From a virus (Duplodnaviria; Caudoviricetes), in IMG/VR virus record IMGVR_UViG_3300034147_000035, positions 1 through 59,737 of that record: DNA of 59,737 nucleotides. One strand, 5' to 3'. The stretch's first letter is position 1. Each line of letters begins with the position of its first letter. A program made the translations under genes and the position numbers. The notes under the pieces were generated by a model that was not told the DNA's origin, ran no database searches, and was given only the letters and a program-made list of their open reading frames with translations. Shown in pieces: positions 38,401 to 48,278 of the stretch.

Positions 38401-39498
38401 AATACAGGATGGACTTATTACAAAGGTTATTTCAAAGGGAGGTCGGGTACAGGTTCTGCTACTGCGGGGACTATCGATGTCCCCGGTGTGATGCACACGA
38501 ATGTTGTTTATATACGACCTGTGATGCAGCTCAACTACCAAGCCACTTCAGGTGTGATGGATGTCGGTTATGTCCGTGTTCGTAAGACCCAAATGATAGA
38601 TCAACTACCTGATGGTACACACGGAAAGATCTATAAATCACAGCTGACAAACTATGCTCATAAGCTAACTGTGGTTGCTTCCGGGATGCAGATTGCAGAT
38701 CAGCGTAACTTGCCCCCGGTCAAGGCTCTTAATCTCGGGTTCAAGTATGGTGGGACGGTCACCTACTCGACGACTACCACACTCTGCACGATAAATATCA
38801 CGGCCAGCTCTTTTACGATTGGTAATATCACCGTCGCTTATAATGCGATGAGTACCACTATCAGTGGGACGGCTGGTACAGGTCCGTTTACTTATTATCT
38901 CTACTTTGACGATGCTGGCTATGTCGGCGGTGCAAAGACTTTGCTGAAGACTACAAACTCATTGCTTATCTACCAGTCGGATGATCGTGTCTTTATGGGT
39001 ACGGTTGTTTTCTCATTCCCATCGGCAGGAACCGGAGGGGGTGACGGTGATGTGGGTGGCGGCGGTTGTGTTGATGCTGAGGCATGGGTTGACACTCGTG
39101 ACAAAGGTTTCATACAGGCTAAGGAAATTGTGGAGGGAGACTATATCAGGGTACTCTCTGCAGACCGAAAGTTTACTGAATGGGCTCCCGTCTTAGGAAA
39201 CGAGATAAAGATGGAGGAGTCTTTCCAGTTAGTGAGTCGTACTAGTGGAAGTACTCTTCGCTGTTCTGCATCAACTCCTCTAACTCTTTCTGATGGTTCA
39301 TCCGTCTACCCCGGTGATCTTAAAGGACAAGAACTTCCAGTTTATGTGACAGAACTGGCGTGGGAAAAGCATGACGCTATTTGGATTGGACCTAGACCTG
39401 TAGCCTTTATTCACTTAGGTGGATTATGCTATGCTGCGGGAGATATCCCAGGACGTTCTATCTTCACACATAACCCGATAGAGAATCCAAAGCCCTAG
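35470..39498 (+). CDS. Tail tip/hub protein with carbohydrate-binding-like inserts and C-terminal Hint domain
   Basis: KPLLFG...N..PV and AVYDRG motifs; GGGG-CV...THN terminal domain. Confidence 0.75.
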   Translation: MADRVYLLECKPLDPASGTIKNAYFSAGLTTEADLGTADPYPVRLQRSFSHETSVFEDNMPGQTNTSVGSAVILNTDGRFDYLLNYNWDNRAVTIKSGEEGAAYATYVTEFVGVTLELTTDLSSLVLTLKDNSYKLIEQMQKTKFLGSGAQEGGVELRDRRKPLLFGKTRNLSPVLIDIALLTSQIHDGTLASVDAVYDRGVPLTFSANYATYALLAAATIAPGYYATCLAQGYLRLGAPPYGIVTVDAVGQFNTATNIPEMVKQFLLSTRVGLVTADIDVASFTEASGECPYNFEGAYLAEPDFQVDQFVETMASSMNAFWYVSRTGLITFRQFRFRPSSASIRAEDLMNLGKAASPQPLHKVRVKYAKNATVMSQGDFTIPVQAFNGYLTKRYHYVDISSGEIPANYANAGEYKVFLNDVQVNDLSDVQFRIPNNEPWITIDNLGVITVTNSGVASASAVVRASIGEFSVEEVFTMVRDSSAPLQSMSLTLSSNRFFFDDLNKPDPPAQTITITATGSNTTAPITVTAKDNLNQNVVVTGGTIPIANVSVSPLVFYIEVTAVSVDMVYQKQRIMVQHGTDAAIAATLAALAASNDAITFYYQANAPTVETDGVQVDDVWIDTNDGNKQYRWTGISWSSITDTRVTDALAAAAGAQATADGKITTYFSDVSPTAPTGGFVQGDLWYQDTTKTLYRWSGSAWSQSVGTFGAEYYETVYGKPLSEVLIDEMEYKNSTKFAKRWLVREGEGIINYDQKDKGVQGGAYLRITSPTVPVELVTNGTFPTATTGWTAGPNTTLSIGAQALRVTTTSTVSAYAYQAITCVVGKTYSVSYENNERIATSVIFQIANDSAGTSTVYSDTTERSSVYTSTFVATQTTHYIRCVAVATISGRYADFDNISIMQTAPGDIWLSYVGEPVPFDPAASYEVEIAIRRPSGDGKVNLGLEGLADDKVTLVSRTGTNSYTTPHWICAAAATPNTGWTYYKGYFKGRSGTGSATAGTIDVPGVMHTNVVYIRPVMQLNYQATSGVMDVGYVRVRKTQMIDQLPDGTHGKIYKSQLTNYAHKLTVVASGMQIADQRNLPPVKALNLGFKYGGTVTYSTTTTLCTINITASSFTIGNITVAYNAMSTTISGTAGTGPFTYYLYFDDAGYVGGAKTLLKTTNSLLIYQSDDRVFMGTVVFSFPSAGTGGGDGDVGGGGCVDAEAWVDTRDKGFIQAKEIVEGDYIRVLSADRKFTEWAPVLGNEIKMEESFQLVSRTSGSTLRCSASTPLTLSDGSSVYPGDLKGQELPVYVTELAWEKHDAIWIGPRPVAFIHLGGLCYAAGDIPGRSIFTHNPIENPKP

Positions 39499-39507
39499 GA
39501 ACAGACA

Positions 39508-40050
39508 ATGCCAAGATACTCCAAAGTTAATCGGAAGATCCCTGCTCGGGATGAGCTCCTATTGACTAAAACAACAAGAGATAATGAGAATGGATTAATT
39601 CTCGGAAACCATGATTCTGTGGCACCAGGACTTTATCCTGGTGAGGAAACCTTTGAGCTAGATGATGGAAATCTCATAGCATTACGAGTGGAGACTCACT
39701 GGTTATCGAATGGTGAAGGTGTCAGCTTTCATGCTTTTGCCAGATTGATTGAAGACGATGGCTCCTCCAAACTCTCTGCTCGAAACCAGCACATTGGATC
39801 TGCCTTTACCTATTCTGTTCCTGCTTTATTCGCAATTGAGCATGGAGTTGATGCTATTGCTACAGATGTGGCGAGGATTATCCTTGGGGAGGAACCCTAT
39901 CTAAAGGTAATGGTTCCTATGGGGGAAGGGGAAGAACCTCAGGAACAGCCGCTTCTCAATATTTCTGATATGGTCAAAGCGAATGCTAATATAAGAGATC
40001 AGATCAAACTTGCGGAACAGGTACGAGAGTATCCTAAAATCTCTTTGTAA
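39508..40050 (+). CDS. Hypothetical tail-region protein
   Basis: AGGA RBS; synteny. Confidence 0.7.
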   Translation: MPRYSKVNRKIPARDELLLTKTTRDNENGLILGNHDSVAPGLYPGEETFELDDGNLIALRVETHWLSNGEGVSFHAFARLIEDDGSSKLSARNQHIGSAFTYSVPALFAIEHGVDAIATDVARIILGEEPYLKVMVPMGEGEEPQEQPLLNISDMVKANANIRDQIKLAEQVREYPKISL

Positions 40051-40120
40051 GAATAAAGTAACTTGTCTCAGGATTAATTCTGGCCTAAACTGTGGTAAAT
40101 CGTTTTGCGGAGAAAAGGTA

Positions 40121-40621
40121 ATGGCGATCCAGTTTATCGCAAATCCAAAGGATGCCGCGGACTTGATTTATCATTATCTAATGGACAACCCGCTTGCCTT
40201 CACTCCAGATGTTCGCGAGTGGGTAATAGGATTTCTGGCCCCTCAAATGTCGCTCACCTACGGAGTTGCGGAGACTGCTGAAGTTATCTATGCGCGTATG
40301 AGTGAACTCACTCAAGAAGATTTAGAGCTCGGTGCTTCAGTTGCTTCCTGTGCTTCCTACCAGAAGCTCAACAATTTCGCGGATGACGACGGTGTCAGAG
40401 GTGAGGGTATCTACCAAGCACTCATGCGTGAAGCAGGAGCTGCTCCGCCAGAAGGGGGAAGCTGGCCGCTGCCTGAGGAGGATCCTATGCCGAAGGATGT
40501 TTATTTACCGCCGCCCCCATTAGACTTCAAGGACGTCGGGAAGACTGCACCGTTTATCCCGCCACCAGAACCATCGCCTGATCAGGTGGGTGATGTTCCT
40601 GTAGAGCCTGAGGTAGAATAG
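40121..40621 (+). CDS. Hypothetical protein with Pro-rich acidic C-terminus
   Basis: GGAG RBS; start moved from 40010. Confidence 0.7.
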   Translation: MAIQFIANPKDAADLIYHYLMDNPLAFTPDVREWVIGFLAPQMSLTYGVAETAEVIYARMSELTQEDLELGASVASCASYQKLNNFADDDGVRGEGIYQALMREAGAAPPEGGSWPLPEEDPMPKDVYLPPPPLDFKDVGKTAPFIPPPEPSPDQVGDVPVEPEVE

Positions 40622-42207
40622 TGGCTGGAGCCGACATCAATCGCATTTCTTTCGCTATGAAAGAGTACAGGACGACTGCTCCTATTGAAGATACGCAGGT
40701 GCTTGCTCGCCATCCTCTTGCGGTTGAGCTTGACTATCTCACTATGTTTCGTGATGAAGCAGACGCGACCGCATTTGGCGGACAGGTTCTAGCTCTCCGA
40801 AAATTTGATCGCTGGTCATGGGCTTGTTTGATCACTCGCGGAAACTACCCCACTCTTGAAGTAGGCCAGACTATAACGCTATTCTATCCCCGCTACGGAT
40901 TTAATTCTGGTGCAGACTTCATTATCAAGAAACGTCGCAGAGATGCTGGCCTCTTGTTTGATGAACTGGTTCTATTCGGCCCGAAGGGTCTGGCTTTCGA
41001 CCAGCATATTTTCGCTTTGGACTTCGTCAACCAAGAATACTGGAAGGCTGGTGCAGTCACTGGTACGATCAGTTCTCTTTCTGGATACTTATTCACTCGC
41101 ACGAATGAGCAGGGTGCTAGAGATCGTGATGGAGGGGTAGATTATTTCGCTGCTAATATCCCAGCGATTAATGGCTTGGGTTATCATCCGTACAGTGCTC
41201 TGACGAATTCATTACTCTATAGTCAAGCGATAGGCACGTCTCCGTGGAATACCTACACTTCTGGGCCTTCTATCACTATAACTGCTGATCAAGCGGTAGC
41301 TCCCGACGGGACTACAACTGCTGATAAGATTGTAATGGGTGCTACAAGTGTCGGCCAGCATTGTTTCTTCGCTCAGTCTCCCGGTACTCTTACTGCGGTT
41401 CCTTATACTTATTCTATCTGGTTGCGAGGTGAAGTTGGTGGAGAAAAAGTCTATGTTCTAGATCAGGAGAACGCAGGTACGGTAGTTAATACTGGGGTAT
41501 TTGTCACTCTCACTACAGAGTGGCAGAGATTCACTAAAGTTATTACTGGTTCAACTTTCGCTTGGTGGTTCGGGGTCGGTAATCACAGCAATATCGCAGG
41601 TCAACAAGCTTCTTCGGCTCAAACAATCTACGCATGGCAGGGTCAGCTTCTTAATGGTAATTATCCTGATGGTGGTCCAGTCATCCGCACTACCTCAGCA
41701 GCGATCACGTTGAGTACGAGTACTATGCACATGGATGTGAAGGCCGCAGCAGCAAATCTCACTGAGGACTTTTATGTTGAGGGTCTGATCCAGAATTCAG
41801 GGAACCTTACCGATCGTAGGTTTGCCCATCTCATAAGCACTGCGCTTTCTACTCAGCAGTTCTATGTTCAGATACTCAACACTACTAATCAGATCCGTGT
41901 GATAGGTGCTAGTGGTGGTCAAGCAATCGGTTATCTTCCTGGGATAACCATCAATTCAATGGACAAATTCTCGTTCATTTACTCTTATGTTCAAGCCACG
42001 AAGACACTTCAGTTCGGTGTCCGATGCAATGGGATGACTGTCCTTAGCGCACCGACAGCAAATATTCAAACTGATGTCACAGGTCTCAACAGAATGAGAG
42101 TTGATGTGGCAATCGGGAACGTTATCATAAAGTTTCTGGGAGTGAAGGCTGGAACGCTTACTGATCAGCAGATGAGCGACCGCCTGTACGCTCTTCTAGG
42201 AGGATAA
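40621..42207 (+). CDS. Minor tail protein with carbohydrate-binding-like domain
   Basis: LEVGQTITL.YPRYG, TNSLLYS, APDGTTTADK and LTTEWQRF motifs. Confidence 0.7.
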   Translation: MAGADINRISFAMKEYRTTAPIEDTQVLARHPLAVELDYLTMFRDEADATAFGGQVLALRKFDRWSWACLITRGNYPTLEVGQTITLFYPRYGFNSGADFIIKKRRRDAGLLFDELVLFGPKGLAFDQHIFALDFVNQEYWKAGAVTGTISSLSGYLFTRTNEQGARDRDGGVDYFAANIPAINGLGYHPYSALTNSLLYSQAIGTSPWNTYTSGPSITITADQAVAPDGTTTADKIVMGATSVGQHCFFAQSPGTLTAVPYTYSIWLRGEVGGEKVYVLDQENAGTVVNTGVFVTLTTEWQRFTKVITGSTFAWWFGVGNHSNIAGQQASSAQTIYAWQGQLLNGNYPDGGPVIRTTSAAITLSTSTMHMDVKAAAANLTEDFYVEGLIQNSGNLTDRRFAHLISTALSTQQFYVQILNTTNQIRVIGASGGQAIGYLPGITINSMDKFSFIYSYVQATKTLQFGVRCNGMTVLSAPTANIQTDVTGLNRMRVDVAIGNVIIKFLGVKAGTLTDQQMSDRLYALLGG

Positions 42208-42210
42208 GAC

Positions 42211-43035
42211 GTGAGCATTTTCTTCGTCGCCCCAATAGAACAGCACCCTGACTATGACAAGGTGACCACTGTACCTGCGAGCGCACACGCAAACGCATCA
42301 TACCCTGCGAGTAATCTTCTCACTTACGATCCTACGCAGGTGATGCTAGCTACTCAGGTTGCCCCGGTAATCACGTGGGACTTAGGTGCTGCGAAGAGCT
42401 GGGATGTGATCTCATTGATCCATACGAATCTAGCGCATGACGCCACAATACTCGTGGAAGGCAGCACGAATAATTCTGTTTGGGTAACTCTCCAGGCGGC
42501 TGGAACTCTGGCTTTAGCTCATACAGTCGCTGGACAGACAGTCCAAAACCAGAAGCATATGCTCAGGCGTAATCTGACGCTGTTCGTTTCCCCTACAGTA
42601 TTGACCTATCGCTATATTCGTATTACTCCAACGAACACAGGTGGTGTCCTTCCATTCTTTGGGCGGTTGTTTGTCGGTCTTAAATGGAAGCCGACCTACG
42701 GCTGGCAGTATGGATCGCAAGTTAACTTCTTAGATCTTTCGCGCCATGAGCGCACCGATCGTGGGACGTTAGTGCTAGATTATATTCCGCCTATCCCCGG
42801 TGCCTCGGTGCAGATGGATTTCTTAAGTAAAGCTGAGATGATGGACTTTGCTTGGGAATTCAATTATTGGCGGGGTGCCGGGAAAGAATTTCTTGCTTGT
42901 CTTGATGTTGAGGATACGAAATACCTACAGAAAATGACATTTTATTGTACGATCACTGAAGGGAGAACAATTTCTTTTGACTCTTATAATACTCACAGCC
43001 AGACATGGACTCTTGAGAACATAGCTGCCGCTTAG
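42211..43035 (+). CDS. Minor tail protein (distal-tail-like)
   Basis: P.SNL, HTNL, YRYIRI and GRLFVG..W.P motifs. Confidence 0.65.
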   Translation: MSIFFVAPIEQHPDYDKVTTVPASAHANASYPASNLLTYDPTQVMLATQVAPVITWDLGAAKSWDVISLIHTNLAHDATILVEGSTNNSVWVTLQAAGTLALAHTVAGQTVQNQKHMLRRNLTLFVSPTVLTYRYIRITPTNTGGVLPFFGRLFVGLKWKPTYGWQYGSQVNFLDLSRHERTDRGTLVLDYIPPIPGASVQMDFLSKAEMMDFAWEFNYWRGAGKEFLACLDVEDTKYLQKMTFYCTITEGRTISFDSYNTHSQTWTLENIAAA

Positions 43036-43047
43036 AAAGACTTAACC

Positions 43048-44811
43048 GTGAATATACAAATCACGATAGACTCCGACGATAAGAAGGCGTGGATTAATGA
43101 CCGCATACCTCCGCACGTCTTTAACGTTCTTGCAGAGCTCCCGGGCCGCAAGCGGTATGTACAGGGCAAACCCTTCATAGAGCTCTCGAGGAGCAACCTA
43201 GAGTATCTAGACATACGTTTGGAGGGCATCACTTGGCGCGGGCCAGCGGCCAACCTAGTGGAGCAATTCCGGGCGATGCGTCTCGCCGAGAAGAACACTA
43301 GGGATGCTCGTTGGCTTGAGCCAGAAAGTGTTGAATTCCCTTTCAGGACTGTTCCATACCAGCATCAGCTTAAAGCATTTTCACTCGCCAGAGGTAAAGT
43401 CGCCTTCGGTTACTTCATGGAGCAGGGAACTGGAAAGACCAAAACTCTACTTGATGATGCTGCGGATATCTATCTCAACGGCGGTGAGGCAGGACGGATA
43501 GACACTCTCATTATTGTAGCGCCGAACGGAGTACACGCTCAGTGGATTAATGAGCAGGTGCCCGAGCACTTTCTTGAGTCTATCCCTTACGCGGGCGGGT
43601 ACACAGTAGCGTCACCAACTCTAGATGAGGCTAGGCAGTTTCGTAAGGCTAAGGAATTCAAGGATGGTCTTAGGATCATCGCTATTCATATTGACATGAT
43701 GAGTCATACGAGCGGTAAGAAACTCTTACAGGAACTTCTGCTCAGTTGCAACGCGATGCTCGTGGTAGATGAGAGTAGCCGAATTAAAGATCCTAATTCT
43801 AAGCGCACTAAGACTCTGTGCGAGCTGGGTAAGTTAGCGAAATATCGGCGCATTCTGACGGGCACCCCGATCTCACAGGGAGTGGAAGATATCTATTCTC
43901 AGTTCTACTTCTTGGATAAGCATATCCTCGGCTACAATAGCTTCTATGCTTTCCGGAATCATTTCTGCCAGCTTACCTTGATTGAAGTAGGTTCTGGGAA
44001 GAATAGGAAGAAATTTAACAAGATCACCGGCTACATCAACGAAGACGAACTCAAGCGTAAGATTGATTCCTACACCTACCGCGTGCTGAAAGAGGATTGC
44101 TTGGATTTGCCTGAGCGAAATTATATTAGGCAGGAAGTCTTGCTCACCCAAGAGCAGAAAGATATGTATGCCAAGATGAAGAAGGACTTCTTCCTTGACT
44201 TGGAAGCTGGAATCCTCACAGCTCGTATGGCAATCACTCGCTTGATACGTTTCCAACAGCTAATCGGCGGATTCATTTGGAAGCGCCCAAAGAAGGATCC
44301 AGATACTGGGAAAATTGTTGAGCCCGAAATCTACCAAGAATTTGATAACAACCGTGTGGAACGTACCTTAGATATTATCCGTGAATCCCAGAGTAAGGTC
44401 ATCGTCTACATCAAATTCGAAGGTGATTGGAATCTTCTCACAAGGGCGCTCACCGCAGCGAAGATTGGATGGGTGGATTATGTCGGCCGAACTAAGGATA
44501 AGGCTGAAAGCATCAGGCGCTTCCGGGACGACCCAGACGTTAAGGTCTTCATCGGTTCAAAGGCTGCTTTCTTCGGTCTCAATCTTACTGTCGCTTCCGA
44601 GGTCATCTGGTATGCGAGAGACTTCTCCCTAGAGAATGAACTCCAGGCTAATGACCGAGTCCATCGCATCGGGCAGCATAAGGTTGTGAACTACCATTAT
44701 CTTATCGCACCTAAGACTGTGGATGACCGAATAGATAAGGTACTCAAAGATAAGAAGGCTATCGCTGAGAACCTAATAGACATAAGGGATCTTTTTGCTG
44801 ATGACGAATAA
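43048..44811 (+). CDS. SNF2-family (SF2) helicase
   Basis: MEQGTGKT, DESS, LTGTP, GLNL and QANDRVHRIGQ motifs. Confidence 0.92.
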   Translation: MNIQITIDSDDKKAWINDRIPPHVFNVLAELPGRKRYVQGKPFIELSRSNLEYLDIRLEGITWRGPAANLVEQFRAMRLAEKNTRDARWLEPESVEFPFRTVPYQHQLKAFSLARGKVAFGYFMEQGTGKTKTLLDDAADIYLNGGEAGRIDTLIIVAPNGVHAQWINEQVPEHFLESIPYAGGYTVASPTLDEARQFRKAKEFKDGLRIIAIHIDMMSHTSGKKLLQELLLSCNAMLVVDESSRIKDPNSKRTKTLCELGKLAKYRRILTGTPISQGVEDIYSQFYFLDKHILGYNSFYAFRNHFCQLTLIEVGSGKNRKKFNKITGYINEDELKRKIDSYTYRVLKEDCLDLPERNYIRQEVLLTQEQKDMYAKMKKDFFLDLEAGILTARMAITRLIRFQQLIGGFIWKRPKKDPDTGKIVEPEIYQEFDNNRVERTLDIIRESQSKVIVYIKFEGDWNLLTRALTAAKIGWVDYVGRTKDKAESIRRFRDDPDVKVFIGSKAAFFGLNLTVASEVIWYARDFSLENELQANDRVHRIGQHKVVNYHYLIAPKTVDDRIDKVLKDKKAIAENLIDIRDLFADDE

Positions 44812-45166
44812 AGTCTTTGTCCTGCAAGCCACCCGCTTCCAGGCCGACGTCAGCGCGGCGGGCGTGTATGGCGAGATCTGCTTTGTCCTCTCAGCAGGTG
44901 ATCGCACTTGCGCGAATCCCGAGCTGTCTTTTGAGAAACTGCGTCGTGCGCTCAAAGACTTCCGGCCTAACGAAGACTTCATAGTCTGGGCTGGAGGGGA
45001 TCCTCTATCAGCGATCATCACTGGAATGGTGCTCATTGATCTAGGCATAAACAAGTTTCGGTTTTTGCGTTTTGAGAAAAATCGTAATATAAGGCATGGG
45101 CAACCTGTTACCGGGTTCTATTCTCCTGTTGAAGTTTGTTTAGAAAAGGAAGCAGATTATGGCTGA
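44801..45166 (+). CDS. Hypothetical protein
   Basis: Overlaps helicase stop; GGDP motif. Confidence 0.7.
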   Translation: MTNKVFVLQATRFQADVSAAGVYGEICFVLSAGDRTCANPELSFEKLRRALKDFRPNEDFIVWAGGDPLSAIITGMVLIDLGINKFRFLRFEKNRNIRHGQPVTGFYSPVEVCLEKEADYG

Positions 45167-45707
45167 CGACGACGTAGACTTCTTTGAACAGGAAGACACT
45201 TCTCAGGGTGCCGACAAATTCAAAGGTGCGATCACTAACCTAGCCCGCGAGGTTAGGAACATTGACAACACCATTGAAGATCTCCAAACCCAGATGAAGG
45301 AGCTCGGTCGCCGCAAGATTGATATTGAGACCAAGCAGCTCCCGGAGCTGTTGCATCAGGCTGGTGTCAAAGAAATCACAACGCTGGAAGGGCTGAAGGT
45401 CAGCGTTAAGTTTGTTGTCGGTTCTATCCCGGCGGAGTCCAAGGAATCTGCCTACGAATGGCTGGACGACAATGGTCACGCCGATATCATCAAGCGGAAC
45501 CTTGCTCTTCAATTCCAGAAGGGTGATACTTCTCAAGCCGAACAGGCTGCGGCGGCGCTTCGCGAAATGGGATTCAGCCCCACTATCAAGTTAGACATTC
45601 ACCCTCAGACCTTTATGGCGTTTGCGCGCGAGCAGATTCAAAACGGCAAGATACTCCCTCTTGCTCAATGGGGTGTCTACTTCGGAGATCGGGCGGTAAT
45701 AAAGTAG
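45159..45707 (+). CDS. Conserved replication-region phage protein
   Basis: Coiled coil, WL..NGH.DIIK and HPQT..AF.RE motifs. Confidence 0.75.
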   Translation: MADDDVDFFEQEDTSQGADKFKGAITNLAREVRNIDNTIEDLQTQMKELGRRKIDIETKQLPELLHQAGVKEITTLEGLKVSVKFVVGSIPAESKESAYEWLDDNGHADIIKRNLALQFQKGDTSQAEQAAAALREMGFSPTIKLDIHPQTFMAFAREQIQNGKILPLAQWGVYFGDRAVIK

Positions 45708-45724
45708 TCCGAGCAAAATATCAC

Positions 45725-45752
45725 TTGCGTTGTGAGCAAACTAGCTTATAGT
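45725..45752 (+). promoter_or_regulatory. Sigma70-type promoter
   Basis: GAGCAA upstream; TTGCGT-N16-TATAGT. Confidence 0.55.
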
Positions 45753-45792
45753 GATATGTCTGGTGGTAAACCAGTTGATAGAGGAGAGTCTA

Positions 45793-46659
45793 ATGGCGGA
45801 AAAGAAAACGGAAGCTGAGAAACCGGTAGATCCCAAGCCCGAGGCTGGCGGCACAGATCTAGCGACAAAACCTCAGGAATCCACAGATCTCGCAGAAACG
45901 GAAGAGGAAGACTTTTTCGCTGATGCGGGTGAGGGCTTGCAGGATTTTTCGCAAACCGATTATCTCATCCCATATGTTCGCATTATCCAGGCGCTCTCAA
46001 AGGAGCTCCAGAAAAATCATGCGAAATTCCTCAAGGGTGCCGAGCAGGGCATGTTCGTCAACTCGGCGACCAGGAAGCTCATCAATGGTGAGGCTGGTTT
46101 CCTCGCTGTTCCTGTGAGCTTCAATCATCGTTACATGGCGTGGCTGCCGAATAATGCCGGTCCAGCCTACGACATGGGCGACGACCCCTCCAAGTTCAAT
46201 GCGACTCAACCAGTCGCTGAGGGCAAGGACAAGGGCAAGCGGTTTGATGATGAGGGCAACCAACTCACGGACGCCCTTCAGTTCTTCATCATGCTGGTCA
46301 ATAAGGAAACCTTTGAATTCGAGGTTGCGGTTCTCAACTTCGCAGCTTCCCAAGCCCGCAAGGGTCGCGGATGGGTTTCCACTATTGGCAATCGTATGGA
46401 GCGGAAGGACGGTCAGCTAATTCGCCCCGCCATTTACTTCTACTCCTACGAAATTACCACGGTACCTGAGTCTAACGACCAAGGTTCGTGGTACGGTTTC
46501 CTTATCAACGAGGGACCGAAGGTGATGGATCTCGAGAACGGCCGAGAGATCTTTCGTACCGCCAAGCAACTGCGCGAGCGGATCAAGGCGGGTGAAGTGA
46601 AGGCAGCGGTTGAAGAGCCGGATGCCGACGCTGAGGCCGGAGAAGAGAAAGCGTTCTAA
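45793..46659 (+). CDS. Putative ssDNA-binding or annealing protein
   Basis: D..IP...I.Q.LS and N..GSWY motifs; acidic tail ending in Phe. Confidence 0.65.
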   Translation: MAEKKTEAEKPVDPKPEAGGTDLATKPQESTDLAETEEEDFFADAGEGLQDFSQTDYLIPYVRIIQALSKELQKNHAKFLKGAEQGMFVNSATRKLINGEAGFLAVPVSFNHRYMAWLPNNAGPAYDMGDDPSKFNATQPVAEGKDKGKRFDDEGNQLTDALQFFIMLVNKETFEFEVAVLNFAASQARKGRGWVSTIGNRMERKDGQLIRPAIYFYSYEITTVPESNDQGSWYGFLINEGPKVMDLENGREIFRTAKQLRERIKAGEVKAAVEEPDADAEAGEEKAF

Positions 46660-46683
46660 TACAGGCGCTAGAAGGAGTTTAGA

Positions 46684-47319
46684 ATGGCAACGAAACTTGA
46701 CACCGAAAAGCCCCTGTTCATGGGGCCGACAGCGGTTCGTGAAGGAACCGTGGTGGATGCAATCCGTCAGGCTGTGCGCGATCTTGACAAAGGCGAGGGC
46801 GTCTCGTACCAGGACTTGGAAAAGCACCTGCTCGAGAATTTCCAGCCCAAGAAGTCGCAGGGCTACGGTGCATCGTACATCAAGGCATATGTCCGCGATG
46901 CGGTCAATCGCTACGGCCATCTCGCCAACGAGAATGGCGGTCACGAATACGCCTCGATCGCGGCACCGGAACCGAAGCCCAAGGCGCCGAAGAAGTTGAC
47001 CAAGGCCCAACAGGCTGAGATCGACGCGCTCAACTTCATTCGCACTCGCGGTGAGGTCCAGGATGCCGGCGATCTGGATAACAGCCAGATCACGGTCCAG
47101 GACTTCGTCACGGAGACGGGCAAGAAGACCAAGACCATTGAGAAGCAGCTTGCTTCTCTGGAGAAGGAAGGGCTCGTTCGTACCGAGTCTGTTCCGGGCA
47201 ACGAGGAAGGCGAGTCTTCGGTCTACGTCTATCTCACCAACGCTGGTCTCGCGAAACTCAACGAAGCGGAAGCGGCTGCTGCTGCGGCTGCTGAGTCCGA
47301 GGAAGCGCCCGAGGCCTAA
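46684..47319 (+). CDS. Putative tandem winged-helix DNA-binding protein
   Basis: C-terminal L..LEKEGLV...VYLT.AG (MarR-like wing); N-terminal helical domain. Confidence 0.6.
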   Translation: MATKLDTEKPLFMGPTAVREGTVVDAIRQAVRDLDKGEGVSYQDLEKHLLENFQPKKSQGYGASYIKAYVRDAVNRYGHLANENGGHEYASIAAPEPKPKAPKKLTKAQQAEIDALNFIRTRGEVQDAGDLDNSQITVQDFVTETGKKTKTIEKQLASLEKEGLVRTESVPGNEEGESSVYVYLTNAGLAKLNEAEAAAAAAAESEEAPEA

Positions 47320-47341
47320 TACACCTTCCGTGGGTGGGACT

Positions 47342-47375
47342 GGGAGGCGGGTGTCTTTGGCACTCGCCTCTCTTT
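47342..47375 (+). terminator. Rho-independent terminator
   Basis: GGGAGGCGGGTGTC-TTT-GGCACTCGCCTCTC then TTT. Confidence 0.6.
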
Positions 47376-47390
47376 CGTTGGAGACTCGCT

Positions 47391-48278
47391 GTGAACCAAG
47401 AGAATTTTGAGACTTTCGTATTCTACCTTAATGAACGCGAGAAAATTCGCCAGATGCGCGAGGAAGGATCTCCAGGTCCCTGGACACTTGACCCAATCTT
47501 AGGTCGCTACAAGTTCACAAACATACGACGTTCCGATGATCGCACTACCCGCTGGCTGAAGAAGAATTGGTACGATCCTAACCGCGATGCTGATCTGGAA
47601 ATGCTCGTTATTAACTGCGCTCTCGCCAGATACTTTGGCAGCATTGAATTCTGTTCTGCTGTCGGTTTTCAGCAGAGTTGGAATCCCGAGTTTCTTTTGC
47701 AGACAGCGAATGATAGACTCAGCCGGGGTGAGAAGGTATTCACTGGAGCCTACATTATTACGAATGCTGGAAGCACCGACCCCAAGCAAAATGTCGTAGT
47801 TTGTCAGTTCCTCACACCACTTAGGTTTCGCGCCGCCCGCGTGGTAGAGCTCTGTCAGCGTAATCGCTGGCAAGATGTCGCAGAGTTTCTTCAGCAGCAG
47901 CCGGGGATCGGCCCGTTCATGTCCAAGGAGATTGCGCTGGATATGATGTTGACTCCTCTCCTGGAAAATGCAACCGATAAGCTAACATGGAGTCCCGCAG
48001 GTCCTGGGGCGATTCGTGGCTTGAACCGTCTGCATGATCGCCCGTTGCAAGCGCCTTTGTCTCAACCGAAGGCTGTAGCTGAGATGATAGACCTTCTCGG
48101 GCTGCTCAGCACAGGAGGTCACCTCCGACCATACATGCCGACTCCAGGCGTTGATTACGGCGTTACAGATGTTCAGTTCAGCCTTTGTGAACTAGACAAA
48201 TATCTCCGAGTCAAGAATGGTGAAGGACGTCCACGCTCTGGTTACGATTGGCGAAAGGCAAAACCGTACACGGTCTGA
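47391..48278 (+). CDS. aGPT-Pplase clade 1 / 5-hmdU DNA kinase helical-domain-like protein
   Basis: ERE.IR..R..G..PWT.DPIL..YKFTNIRR.DDRTT, GPGA.RGL and LCE.DKY.R motifs. Confidence 0.8.
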   Translation: MNQENFETFVFYLNEREKIRQMREEGSPGPWTLDPILGRYKFTNIRRSDDRTTRWLKKNWYDPNRDADLEMLVINCALARYFGSIEFCSAVGFQQSWNPEFLLQTANDRLSRGEKVFTGAYIITNAGSTDPKQNVVVCQFLTPLRFRAARVVELCQRNRWQDVAEFLQQQPGIGPFMSKEIALDMMLTPLLENATDKLTWSPAGPGAIRGLNRLHDRPLQAPLSQPKAVAEMIDLLGLLSTGGHLRPYMPTPGVDYGVTDVQFSLCELDKYLRVKNGEGRPRSGYDWRKAKPYTV

